From IMG/VR virus record IMGVR_UViG_3300042540_001399, positions 1 through 64,000 of that record: DNA of 64,000 nt; one strand, 5' to 3'. Position 1 is the stretch's first letter, and each line of letters opens with the position of its first letter. The notes beneath the pieces were generated by a model that saw nothing but the letters and a program-made list of their open reading frames with translations, did no database searches and was not told where the DNA came from. Positions 1-9,404 of the stretch are shown here, piece by piece. The translations under genes and the position numbers were made by a program.

Positions 1-3000
1 TCAGGAACTAACGGTACTGATGGAACTTCAGGTACTAATGGAACTTCAGGTACTAATGGAACAGATGGTACTAGCGGAACAAACGGAACAGATGGTACAA
101 GCGGTACGAATGGAACTTCAGGAACAAATGGTACAGATGGAACTTCAGGAACAAATGGTACAGATGGAACTTCAGGAACAAACGGAACTTCAGGAACAAA
201 TGGTACATCAGGAACAAATGGTACTAGCGGCACAAACGGAAGTTCAGGAACAAACGGAACAAACGGAAGTTCAGGAACAAACGGAACTTCAGGAACAAAT
301 GGAACAAACGGAAGCTCAGGAACAAATGGTACTAATGGGTCAAGTGGAACAAACGGTACAAGCGGCACAGGTGGAACTTCGGGGACAAATGGGACTAGCG
401 GGACTAACGGTACAGACGGGACTAGCGGTTTATCGGGTGTAAACGGAACATCAGGTACTAATGGTACAGACGGTTCGAGCGGAACTAATGGGACTGATGG
501 GTCAAGTGGAACTAATGGGACTAGTGGAACATCAGGTACTAACGGAACTTCAGGAACGAATGGAACTTCAGGAAGTAATGGTACTGATGGTACAAGTGGT
601 ACTGATGGTACTGATGGATCTTCAGGAACAAATGGTACAAGCGGTACGAATGGAACAGATGGGACAAGCGGAACTAATGGTACGGACGGGTCAAGTGGAA
701 CTAATGGTACGGACGGTACTAATGGAACAGATGGAACCTCAGGAACTAATGGTACTGATGGAACAAGTGGTACTGATGGTACTGATGGATCTTCAGGAAC
801 AGATGGGACAAGCGGAACTAATGGTACTGACGGCACTTCAGGTACAAACGGAACAGATGGGACAAGTGGAACTAATGGTACGGACGGTACATCAGGTACA
901 AACGGTACAGATGGAACTTCAGGTACTGACGGAACTAGCGGTACGAATGGAACGGATGGTACAAGCGGAACAGATGGTACAAGCGGTACGAATGGTACTG
1001 ACGGAACTAGCGGAACAAATGGTACGGACGGAACTAGCGGAACAAATGGTACGGACGGCACTTCAGGGACTAACGGTACTGATGGCACAAATGGAACAGA
1101 TGGATCTTCAGGTACAAATGGTACTGACGGAACAAGTGGTACTAATGGAACTGATGGATCTTCAGGAACAGATGGTACTAGTGGTTTATCTGGTGTAAAT
1201 GGTACATCAGGAACTAACGGGACATCAGGTACAAACGGTACTGATGGAACTTCAGGAACTAATGGTACTAGCGGCACAAATGGGACTGATGGTACTTCAG
1301 GAACTAATGGTACGGACGGTACAAGTGGAACAGATGGAACTTCAGGAACGGATGGGTCAAGTGGTACAGATGGAACAAGTGGGTCTTCAGGAACAAATGG
1401 AACGGACGGAACTTCAGGAACAAATGGAACTAACGGAACAGATGGTACTAGCGGAACAAATGGAACAGATGGTACTAGCGGAACAAATGGTACAGATGGT
1501 ACTAGCGGAACTAACGGAAGTGACGGAACTTCAGGAACTAATGGTACTAACGGCTCAAGTGGAACTGATGGTACAAATGGTTCTTCAGGTACAAATGGAA
1601 CGGATGGTTCTAGCGGTACAGATGGTTCAAGTGGTACTAATGGTACTGACGGTAGTAGCGGAACTGATGGAACTTCAGGTACCGATGGTACGAATGGATC
1701 AAGCGGAACAGATGGAACTAGTGGAACAGACGGAACAAATGGTTCAAGTGGTACTAATGGGACTTCAGGTACAGATGGGACTAATGGGACAGACGGAACC
1801 TCAGGAACTGACGGAACAAATGGTTCAAGCGGAACAGACGGGACTAGCGGTACTAATGGTACTAATGGTAGTTCAGGTACAGATGGTACTAGCGGAACAA
1901 ACGGTACTGATGGGACTTCAGGTACAGATGGTACTAATGGAACTTCAGGTACAGATGGTACTAGCGGTACTGACGGAACTAACGGGACAGATGGAACTAG
2001 CGGAACTAACGGAACAGATGGTACTAGCGGGACAGATGGAACTTCAGGTACGAATGGTACAGATGGAACTAGTGGAACAGATGGTACAAACGGAACTAGT
2101 GGAACAGATGGAACAAACGGAACTAGTGGAACAGATGGAACAAGTGGAACTAATGGTACTAATGGAACCTCAGGAACTAATGGTACGGATGGTACAAGCG
2201 GGACTAATGGGACTAACGGAACGGATGGAACTAGCGGTACCAATGGTACAAATGGTAGTTCAGGCACTAACGGAACTTCAGGAACAAATGGAACAGATGG
2301 TACTAGTGGAACTAATGGTACGGATGGAACTAGCGGTACTAACGGAACAAATGGTTCGAGTGGAACAAATGGTACAGATGGTACTAGCGGGACAGATGGT
2401 ACTAGCGGAACTGATGGAACAAATGGTTCTTCAGGTACTAATGGTACTAACGGATCAAGCGGAACTGATGGAACAAGTGGAACTAATGGTACAGATGGAA
2501 CTTCAGGTACAAATGGTACAGACGGGTCTTCAGGAACAAACGGAACTAATGGTACTAGTGGAACTAATGGTACAGACGGAACTAGCGGAACAGATGGTAC
2601 TTCAGGGACTAATGGTACTGATGGGTCAAGTGGAACTAACGGAACTTCGGGTACAAATGGAACAGATGGAACTTCAGGAACAAATGGAACAAGTGGGACA
2701 GATGGTACTAATGGTACTGACGGTAGTAGCGGAACTAATGGAACTGACGGAACATCAGGCACCAACGGTACAGATGGTTCAAGTGGTACTGATGGGACAA
2801 GTGGTTTGTCTGGTGTAAATGGAACATCAGGGACAAATGGAACTAACGGTACTAATGGGACTTCGGGAACTAACGGTACAGATGGTTCAAGTGGTACTAA
2901 TGGTACGGACGGTACTAGCGGAACTAATGGAACAGATGGAACGAGCGGAACTGATGGTACAAATGGAACGAGCGGAACTAATGGTACAAATGGAACGGAT

Positions 3001-6000
3001 GGTACTAGCGGCACAAATGGAACAGACGGAACGAGCGGAACTGATGGTACAAATGGATCAAGTGGTACAAACGGAACAGATGGTTCAAGTGGTACTAATG
3101 GTACGGACGGAACTTCAGGTACAAATGGGACTGATGGTACAAGTGGTACTAACGGAACAAATGGTACGGATGGTACTAGTGGAACTGATGGTACTTCAGG
3201 AACTAACGGAACAAACGGTTCAAGTGGTACAGATGGTACTAGCGGTTCAAATGGAACTAACGGTACTAATGGTACAAGTGGAACAAATGGTACCAACGGA
3301 ACTAGCGGAACAAATGGTACCAATGGTTCTTCAGGTACTAATGGAACTAATGGTACTTCAGGAACTAACGGTACAAATGGGACTTCAGGCACTAACGGAA
3401 CAAACGGATCATCAGGCACAAACGGTACTAATGGAACTTCAGGAACTGACGGTACGTCGGGAACTAATGGTTCAAGTGGTACCAACGGTACTAGCGGAAC
3501 TAATGGGACATCAGGTACGAATGGTACGAATGGTACTAGCGGAACTAATGGAACGTCAGGTACCAACGGAACATCAGGAACTAATGGTACGAATGGCACT
3601 AGCGGTACGAACGGAACTAATGGAACTTCAGGAACCAATGGTACGAATGGAACTAACGGTACAAATGGGACTTCGGGAACTAATGGTACAAATGGAACTT
3701 CAGGGACTAACGGTACCAATGGGACTTCAGGAACAAATGGAACCAACGGTACAAGCGGAACTGATGGAACTTCGGGTACAAATGGTACAAACGGTACTTC
3801 AGGTACTAATGGAACATCGGGAACAAACGGAACTTCCGGTACGAATGGAACAAATGGCTCAAGCGGCACTAATGGAACATCAGGTACAAACGGAACGGAC
3901 GGAACTTCAGGAACAAATGGAACTAGCGGAACCAATGGAACTTCGGGCACTAATGGAACAAATGGATCAAGTGGTACGAATGGAACTTCAGGAACGAATG
4001 GTACCAATGGAACATCAGGTACTAATGGGACTTCTGGTACAAACGGAACAAATGGTTCAAGTGGGACTAACGGTACATCAGGTACGAATGGAACTTCTGG
4101 CACTAATGGTACGAATGGGTCTAGCGGAACAAATGGAACTTCAGGTACAAACGGAACGAATGGTACAAACGGAACATCAGGTACGAACGGAACTAGTGGA
4201 ACAAACGGGACTAATGGTACTAGCGGAACAAATGGTACAAACGGAACATCAGGAACCAATGGAACCAATGGTACAAACGGAACTTCAGGTACAAATGGAA
4301 CCAATGGAACATCGGGCACTAACGGTACTTCAGGTACTAACGGTACGAATGGAACATCAGGTACTAACGGAACTAATGGTACTTCAGGTACGAATGGCAC
4401 AAGCGGAACCAATGGTACAAACGGAACAAATGGAACTTCGGGCACAAATGGATCAAGTGGTACGAATGGAACTTCAGGAACTAATGGTACTAACGGTACA
4501 AGTGGAACCAATGGTACAAACGGAACATCAGGTACGAATGGAACTTCAGGTACCAACGGAACAAATGGAACATCAGGAACGAATGGTACTTCGGGAACTA
4601 ACGGGACAAATGGTACGTCGGGCACAAATGGTACCGATGGGACTTCAGGTACAAATGGAACCAATGGTACTAGCGGGACTAATGGAACAAACGGGACTAG
4701 CGGGACCAATGGAACAAACGGGACTTCAGGTACGAACGGAACCAATGGATCAAGTGGGACAAACGGAACATCAGGTACTAACGGTACCAACGGAACATCA
4801 GGAACTAACGGGACAAATGGAACGTCAGGTACTAATGGGACATCTGGCACTAATGGTACTTCAGGAACCAACGGGACTAGTGGTACGAACGGAACAAATG
4901 GTTCAAGTGGAACTAATGGAACATCAGGCACCAACGGGACTTCAGGTACTAATGGTACTAACGGAACTTCGGGAACTAATGGGACTAGCGGTACTAACGG
5001 AACTAATGGAACTTCAGGTACAAATGGAACTTCGGGTACTAATGGGACAAGTGGTACAAATGGAACTAATGGTACATCAGGAACCAATGGCACTTCGGGA
5101 ACTAACGGTACATCAGGTACGAATGGAACAAATGGTAGTAGCGGAACAAACGGAACATCAGGAACTAACGGTACTAATGGGTCTTCGGGAACAAATGGTA
5201 CGAGTGGAACTAATGGTACTAGCGGAACTAATGGTACAAATGGTACGAGTGGAACTAATGGAACATCAGGGACTAATGGAACCAACGGAACCAATGGATC
5301 AAGTGGGACAAACGGAACATCAGGTACTAACGGTACCAACGGAACATCAGGAACTAACGGGACAAATGGAACGTCAGGTACTAATGGAACTAGCGGCACA
5401 AATGGAACTAGCGGCACAAATGGAACAAACGGTTCAAGTGGTACTAACGGGACAAATGGAACCTCAGGTACTAACGGCACAAACGGCACATCAGGAACCA
5501 ACGGTACTAGCGGCACAAATGGAACAAACGGAACTAGTGGAACAAACGGAACTTCAGGTACTAATGGTACAAATGGAACTAGCGGTACTAACGGAACTTC
5601 AGGTACTAATGGAACATCAGGTACTAACGGAACAAACGGAACTTCAGGTACGAATGGAACTTCGGGTACTAATGGAACAAATGGTTCAAGTGGAACTAAC
5701 GGTACTAGCGGAACGAATGGAACTAGTGGTACTAACGGTACAAATGGTACTAGTGGAACAAATGGGACATCAGGAACTAATGGTACGAACGGCACATCAG
5801 GTACCAATGGTACAAATGGAACATCAGGTACAAACGGAACTAGCGGTACGAATGGAACCAATGGAACTAATGGTACAAATGGGACTTCAGGAACTAACGG
5901 TACTAATGGTACGTCGGGTACAAATGGAACAAATGGAACTTCAGGTACCAACGGAACCAATGGATCAAGTGGTACAAACGGAACGTCAGGCACAAATGGT

Positions 6001-9000
6001 ACGAACGGTACAAATGGAACTTCAGGAACCAATGGAACTTCGGGCACAAACGGAACTAGTGGAACAAACGGAACTTCAGGTACAAATGGAACGAATGGAA
6101 CCTCAGGAACAAATGGTACTAACGGCACATCAGGAACAAACGGTACATCAGGTACAAATGGAACTAATGGCACATCAGGGACAAATGGTACTAACGGAAC
6201 TAGTGGAACAAACGGCACAAATGGTTCAAGTGGAACCAACGGTACTAATGGAACCTCAGGAACTAATGGTACGTCAGGAACTAATGGTACAAACGGATCA
6301 AGTGGAACAAACGGTACATCAGGAACTAACGGAACAAATGGTACATCGGGTACTAACGGCACAAACGGAACGTCAGGAACAAATGGTACTTCAGGCACTA
6401 ACGGAACCAATGGAACAAACGGAACTTCAGGTACGAATGGAACAAACGGTACTAGCGGAACTAATGGTACTTCAGGTACTAATGGAACTTCGGGAACGAA
6501 CGGAACAAATGGTACTAGCGGAACAAATGGTACTTCAGGTACAAATGGAACTAGTGGGACTAACGGTACTAATGGGACTTCAGGAACAAACGGAACTAAT
6601 GGTACATCAGGTACGAATGGAACTAGCGGAACAAACGGAACTTCAGGAACAAATGGAACCAATGGAACATCAGGGACTAATGGTACAAACGGCACTTCAG
6701 GTACTAATGGAACAAATGGAACCTCAGGGACTAATGGTACAAACGGCACTTCAGGTACTAATGGAACATCAGGAACAAATGGTACAAATGGAACTTCGGG
6801 GACAAACGGTACTTCAGGAACTAATGGTACAAACGGTACTTCGGGCACGAATGGAACCAGCGGAACAAATGGTACATCAGGAACTAACGGGACTAGCGGA
6901 ACTAATGGAACATCAGGTACAAATGGTACAAACGGATCTTCAGGGACTAACGGAACGAATGGAACCTCAGGAACTAACGGAACGAATGGAACCTCAGGAA
7001 CTAACGGAACAAATGGTACATCGGGTACGAATGGAACTAATGGTACATCGGGTACGAATGGAACAAATGGAACATCAGGTACTAATGGAACTTCAGGAAC
7101 AAACGGTACTAACGGAACTTCAGGTACAAACGGTACAAATGGGACTTCAGGTACAAACGGAACTAGCGGAACAAATGGAACAAATGGAACCTCAGGGACT
7201 AATGGAACTAGTGGGACAAACGGAACATCGGGTACAAACGGGACTAGTGGAACGAATGGTACTTCAGGGACAAATGGAACAAATGGATCAAGTGGTACAA
7301 ACGGAACATCCGGTACTAATGGAACAAACGGTACTTCAGGAACAAACGGTACTAACGGAACTTCAGGTACAAACGGTACAAATGGGACTTCAGGTACAAA
7401 CGGAACTAGCGGAACAAATGGAACAAATGGAACCTCAGGGACTAATGGAACTAGTGGTGTTAGTGGTTTAAATGGTACAAACGGAACTTCAGGAACCAAT
7501 GGGACTAATGGAACATCGGGTACTAGAGGTACTTCAGGTACTAATGGGACAAATGGTTCTTCAGGAACTAGTGGAGGTGGAGGTGGAGGCGCAATTTCTA
7601 TTTATGACGAAGGAATTTTAGTTCAATCAAGTGCCACAAGTTTAAATTTTGTCGGTGTGTGTACTACAGCATCATCAGGCACAAGCGGATCAGTCACAGT
7701 AAATATTGGTTGTGGATGTGAATACGAATATATTAATATAGCGTCAAACTCAGGTTATTTAGAATTAGACAAACCAACCGATTTTACTAAAATATGGATT
7801 GGTAATAAATTGGGTGGTTGGAATTGTTGTCCTTGGGATTATTTTGAACCAGGGGTTAATGGTAATTTGTCAAGAACAAGATATCCTTATTATGGTGTGC
7901 CATTACCAACATCTTTATATCCAGGAGATGTTGTTAGAATTTGTGGTTCAATAACACAAATAAATCAGGGTGGTAATCCATGTTTAACTTATGATGATAT
8001 AAGAGTTGGAGTGTCTTATATCAGTTGTTCTGATTCTAGTGCAATTATATTTGCAAATACATTGATACCGGCTACTGATCTTATTTTAAATGGTAATGGT
8101 ACGGCTTGTTTTAATTTAGAAGTTGGTATAGACGTTACCCTACCGGCTTGTGATACTATGTTAACAGTTAATATTTCAACAACACAAGAAAGTGAATGTG
8201 ATAGAACTTTACACTTCAGTTATACGCTTAACGCCGATAGATATTGTCCAACTTTTGATCCAACCCCAAATCTTGTAGCACAAAATTGTTGTGATCCTTT
8301 GATCAAAGAAGTAATTCCAAAAGGTACATTACAAGTCGGTGATTTTTATGCCGATAGTGAAGGAAACTGTTGGGAAATTTTACAAAAAACGGGTGATGCT
8401 CCTGACTATACAAGAATAGTTTCCGCGACTTATAATTCATGTTCGGCTTGTATAACAGCAAATCCATGTCCTCAAAATATAGTGTTTGAATCTTGTTGTG
8501 AACAGGCCCCTGAAACATTTACAGGTTCATTACCTGGTATTAATGTAGGTGATGTGTTTGTTGATACTTATGGATTCTGTTGGAGCGCAACATCATTGAC
8601 TGTATCACCAGTTTCTGGTATCGTATATGTTGACACTAATTATGGAAACGTAGATTGTTTGAATTGTTTAACAGGTAACCCATGTCCTAATGTTTTTGAA
8701 TTACAACCTTGTTGTAAGTTTTTGGGAGGTCCTTTCTTTGTAACTGCAGCATCTTTAGGATACACACCAGTTGTAGGTGAAGTATTTGTTGATACATGGG
8801 GTAATTGTTGGACAGTTTCGAAAGATCAAGCGACAGGTCAAAATGTGACCGCTCCGTGGATTGTTCATGATACAAGTTACACAAGTTGTGAGTTGTGTTT
8901 AGCTTCCAACCCATGTCAAGATGACACAATAATTTATGCCACAGTAAGAAATTGTTGTTCAGGTGACGTTGAAGTTGTTGCGGTACCTATGGTTTATTTA

Positions 9001-9372
9001 ACTGGTTTAGAAACCACGATATCTTTCAGTCAACCAGGAACACCTAATGTTTATGAGTGTTGGGAAGTTTTAGGTTGGGAATTAGTTGACACGCCAACGA
9101 TAACTTTCTATGCGTTAGGTGGGTTCTACATCGATTGTGTAAGATGTCTAATCGCGAATCCTTGTCCTGACTTTTACGAAGCAATAGATTGTTGTGGAAC
9201 TTTACCTAACGAAGTTGTTTTAAGCAATGGACCGACAGGAAGTGTTTTTGTTGATACTTTAGGACGTTGTTGGACTGTAGGTTTAGCAGTTGCCGGTCCT
9301 GCGACAATAACATCGAGTGGTAACTATTTAGATTGTACAGAATGTATAAACGTTAATCCATGTTCAGCATAA
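1..9372 (+). CDS. Giant collagen-like (G-X-Y) fibre protein with Cys-rich C-terminal head; 5' end lies outside the window
   Basis: Frame 1 reads SGTNGTDGTS... from base 1 and is the same frame as track ORF 2806..9372, so the TTG at 2806 is internal. Repeat region to 7572, then GGGGGG, an ISIYDEG...LNFVG motif typical of phage fibre junctions, a globular region and five Cys-rich repeats; stop TAA 9370-9372. Confidence 0.85.
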   Translation, partial: SGTNGTDGTSGTNGTSGTNGTDGTSGTNGTDGTSGTNGTSGTNGTDGTSGTNGTDGTSGTNGTSGTNGTSGTNGTSGTNGSSGTNGTNGSSGTNGTSGTNGTNGSSGTNGTNGSSGTNGTSGTGGTSGTNGTSGTNGTDGTSGLSGVNGTSGTNGTDGSSGTNGTDGSSGTNGTSGTSGTNGTSGTNGTSGSNGTDGTSGTDGTDGSSGTNGTSGTNGTDGTSGTNGTDGSSGTNGTDGTNGTDGTSGTNGTDGTSGTDGTDGSSGTDGTSGTNGTDGTSGTNGTDGTSGTNGTDGTSGTNGTDGTSGTDGTSGTNGTDGTSGTDGTSGTNGTDGTSGTNGTDGTSGTNGTDGTSGTNGTDGTNGTDGSSGTNGTDGTSGTNGTDGSSGTDGTSGLSGVNGTSGTNGTSGTNGTDGTSGTNGTSGTNGTDGTSGTNGTDGTSGTDGTSGTDGSSGTDGTSGSSGTNGTDGTSGTNGTNGTDGTSGTNGTDGTSGTNGTDGTSGTNGSDGTSGTNGTNGSSGTDGTNGSSGTNGTDGSSGTDGSSGTNGTDGSSGTDGTSGTDGTNGSSGTDGTSGTDGTNGSSGTNGTSGTDGTNGTDGTSGTDGTNGSSGTDGTSGTNGTNGSSGTDGTSGTNGTDGTSGTDGTNGTSGTDGTSGTDGTNGTDGTSGTNGTDGTSGTDGTSGTNGTDGTSGTDGTNGTSGTDGTNGTSGTDGTSGTNGTNGTSGTNGTDGTSGTNGTNGTDGTSGTNGTNGSSGTNGTSGTNGTDGTSGTNGTDGTSGTNGTNGSSGTNGTDGTSGTDGTSGTDGTNGSSGTNGTNGSSGTDGTSGTNGTDGTSGTNGTDGSSGTNGTNGTSGTNGTDGTSGTDGTSGTNGTDGSSGTNGTSGTNGTDGTSGTNGTSGTDGTNGTDGSSGTNGTDGTSGTNGTDGSSGTDGTSGLSGVNGTSGTNGTNGTNGTSGTNGTDGSSGTNGTDGTSGTNGTDGTSGTDGTNGTSGTNGTNGTDGTSGTNGTDGTSGTDGTNGSSGTNGTDGSSGTNGTDGTSGTNGTDGTSGTNGTNGTDGTSGTDGTSGTNGTNGSSGTDGTSGSNGTNGTNGTSGTNGTNGTSGTNGTNGSSGTNGTNGTSGTNGTNGTSGTNGTNGSSGTNGTNGTSGTDGTSGTNGSSGTNGTSGTNGTSGTNGTNGTSGTNGTSGTNGTSGTNGTNGTSGTNGTNGTSGTNGTNGTNGTNGTSGTNGTNGTSGTNGTNGTSGTNGTNGTSGTDGTSGTNGTNGTSGTNGTSGTNGTSGTNGTNGSSGTNGTSGTNGTDGTSGTNGTSGTNGTSGTNGTNGSSGTNGTSGTNGTNGTSGTNGTSGTNGTNGSSGTNGTSGTNGTSGTNGTNGSSGTNGTSGTNGTNGTNGTSGTNGTSGTNGTNGTSGTNGTNGTSGTNGTNGTNGTSGTNGTNGTSGTNGTSGTNGTNGTSGTNGTNGTSGTNGTSGTNGTNGTNGTSGTNGSSGTNGTSGTNGTNGTSGTNGTNGTSGTNGTSGTNGTNGTSGTNGTSGTNGTNGTSGTNGTDGTSGTNGTNGTSGTNGTNGTSGTNGTNGTSGTNGTNGSSGTNGTSGTNGTNGTSGTNGTNGTSGTNGTSGTNGTSGTNGTSGTNGTNGSSGTNGTSGTNGTSGTNGTNGTSGTNGTSGTNGTNGTSGTNGTSGTNGTSGTNGTNGTSGTNGTSGTNGTSGTNGTNGSSGTNGTSGTNGTNGSSGTNGTSGTNGTSGTNGTNGTSGTNGTSGTNGTNGTNGSSGTNGTSGTNGTNGTSGTNGTNGTSGTNGTSGTNGTSGTNGTNGSSGTNGTNGTSGTNGTNGTSGTNGTSGTNGTNGTSGTNGTSGTNGTNGTSGTNGTSGTNGTSGTNGTNGTSGTNGTSGTNGTNGSSGTNGTSGTNGTSGTNGTNGTSGTNGTSGTNGTNGTSGTNGTNGTSGTNGTSGTNGTNGTNGTNGTSGTNGTNGTSGTNGTNGTSGTNGTNGSSGTNGTSGTNGTNGTNGTSGTNGTSGTNGTSGTNGTSGTNGTNGTSGTNGTNGTSGTNGTSGTNGTNGTSGTNGTNGTSGTNGTNGSSGTNGTNGTSGTNGTSGTNGTNGSSGTNGTSGTNGTNGTSGTNGTNGTSGTNGTSGTNGTNGTNGTSGTNGTNGTSGTNGTSGTNGTSGTNGTNGTSGTNGTSGTNGTSGTNGTNGTSGTNGTNGTSGTNGTSGTNGTSGTNGTNGTSGTNGTNGTSGTNGTNGTSGTNGTNGTSGTNGTSGTNGTNGTSGTNGTSGTNGTNGTSGTNGTSGTNGTSGTNGTSGTNGTSGTNGTNGSSGTNGTNGTSGTNGTNGTSGTNGTNGTSGTNGTNGTSGTNGTNGTSGTNGTSGTNGTNGTSGTNGTNGTSGTNGTSGTNGTNGTSGTNGTSGTNGTSGTNGTSGTNGTSGTNGTNGSSGTNGTSGTNGTNGTSGTNGTNGTSGTNGTNGTSGTNGTSGTNGTNGTSGTNGTSGVSGLNGTNGTSGTNGTNGTSGTRGTSGTNGTNGSSGTSGGGGGGAISIYDEGILVQSSATSLNFVGVCTTASSGTSGSVTVNIGCGCEYEYINIASNSGYLELDKPTDFTKIWIGNKLGGWNCCPWDYFEPGVNGNLSRTRYPYYGVPLPTSLYPGDVVRICGSITQINQGGNPCLTYDDIRVGVSYISCSDSSAIIFANTLIPATDLILNGNGTACFNLEVGIDVTLPACDTMLTVNISTTQESECDRTLHFSYTLNADRYCPTFDPTPNLVAQNCCDPLIKEVIPKGTLQVGDFYADSEGNCWEILQKTGDAPDYTRIVSATYNSCSACITANPCPQNIVFESCCEQAPETFTGSLPGINVGDVFVDTYGFCWSATSLTVSPVSGIVYVDTNYGNVDCLNCLTGNPCPNVFELQPCCKFLGGPFFVTAASLGYTPVVGEVFVDTWGNCWTVSKDQATGQNVTAPWIVHDTSYTSCELCLASNPCQDDTIIYATVRNCCSGDVEVVAVPMVYLTGLETTISFSQPGTPNVYECWEVLGWELVDTPTITFYALGGFYIDCVRCLIANPCPDFYEAIDCCGTLPNEVVLSNGPTGSVFVDTLGRCWTVGLAVAGPATITSSGNYLDCTECINVNPCSA
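4..7572 (+). repeat. 9-nt / 3-aa G-X-Y coding repeat (GTN, GTS, GTD, GSS), 841 triplets
   Basis: 7569 nt = 841 x 9; Gly at every third residue wherever checked; synonymous codons heavily varied. Confidence 0.95.
8272..9369 (+). repeat. Five tandem 6-cysteine modules (CC...G-x-VFVD-x-x-G-x-CW...CxxC...NPC)
   Basis: Directly visible in the translation of the fibre C-terminus; units of about 65-85 aa. Confidence 0.9.
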
Positions 9373-9400
9373 AAAAACCCCACTTTAAAGGTGGGGTTTA
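9371..9400. terminator. Intrinsic terminator between convergent genes, probably bidirectional
   Basis: AAACCCCAC-tttaaag-GTGGGGTTT hairpin with an A-run on the left (U-tract on the minus strand). Confidence 0.8.
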
Positions 9401-9404
9401 AGTT

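Noticed and set aside
2806-2808. Track start codon for the fibre gene
   Set aside because: It is an internal Leu (TTG) of a GLSGVN landmark; the frame continues upstream to base 1.
20-7471. Long frame-2 ORFs (20..442, 461..1198, 1199..2818, 2819..7471) with MELQEQMV-type sequence
   Set aside because: Shadow frame of the G-T-N repeat; that codon pattern rarely produces stops, and the stops that occur fall at the GLSGVN/GVSGLN interruptions.
1-7572. Possible CRISPR array or satellite DNA
   Set aside because: No constant repeat with unique spacers; variation is mostly synonymous, showing protein coding.
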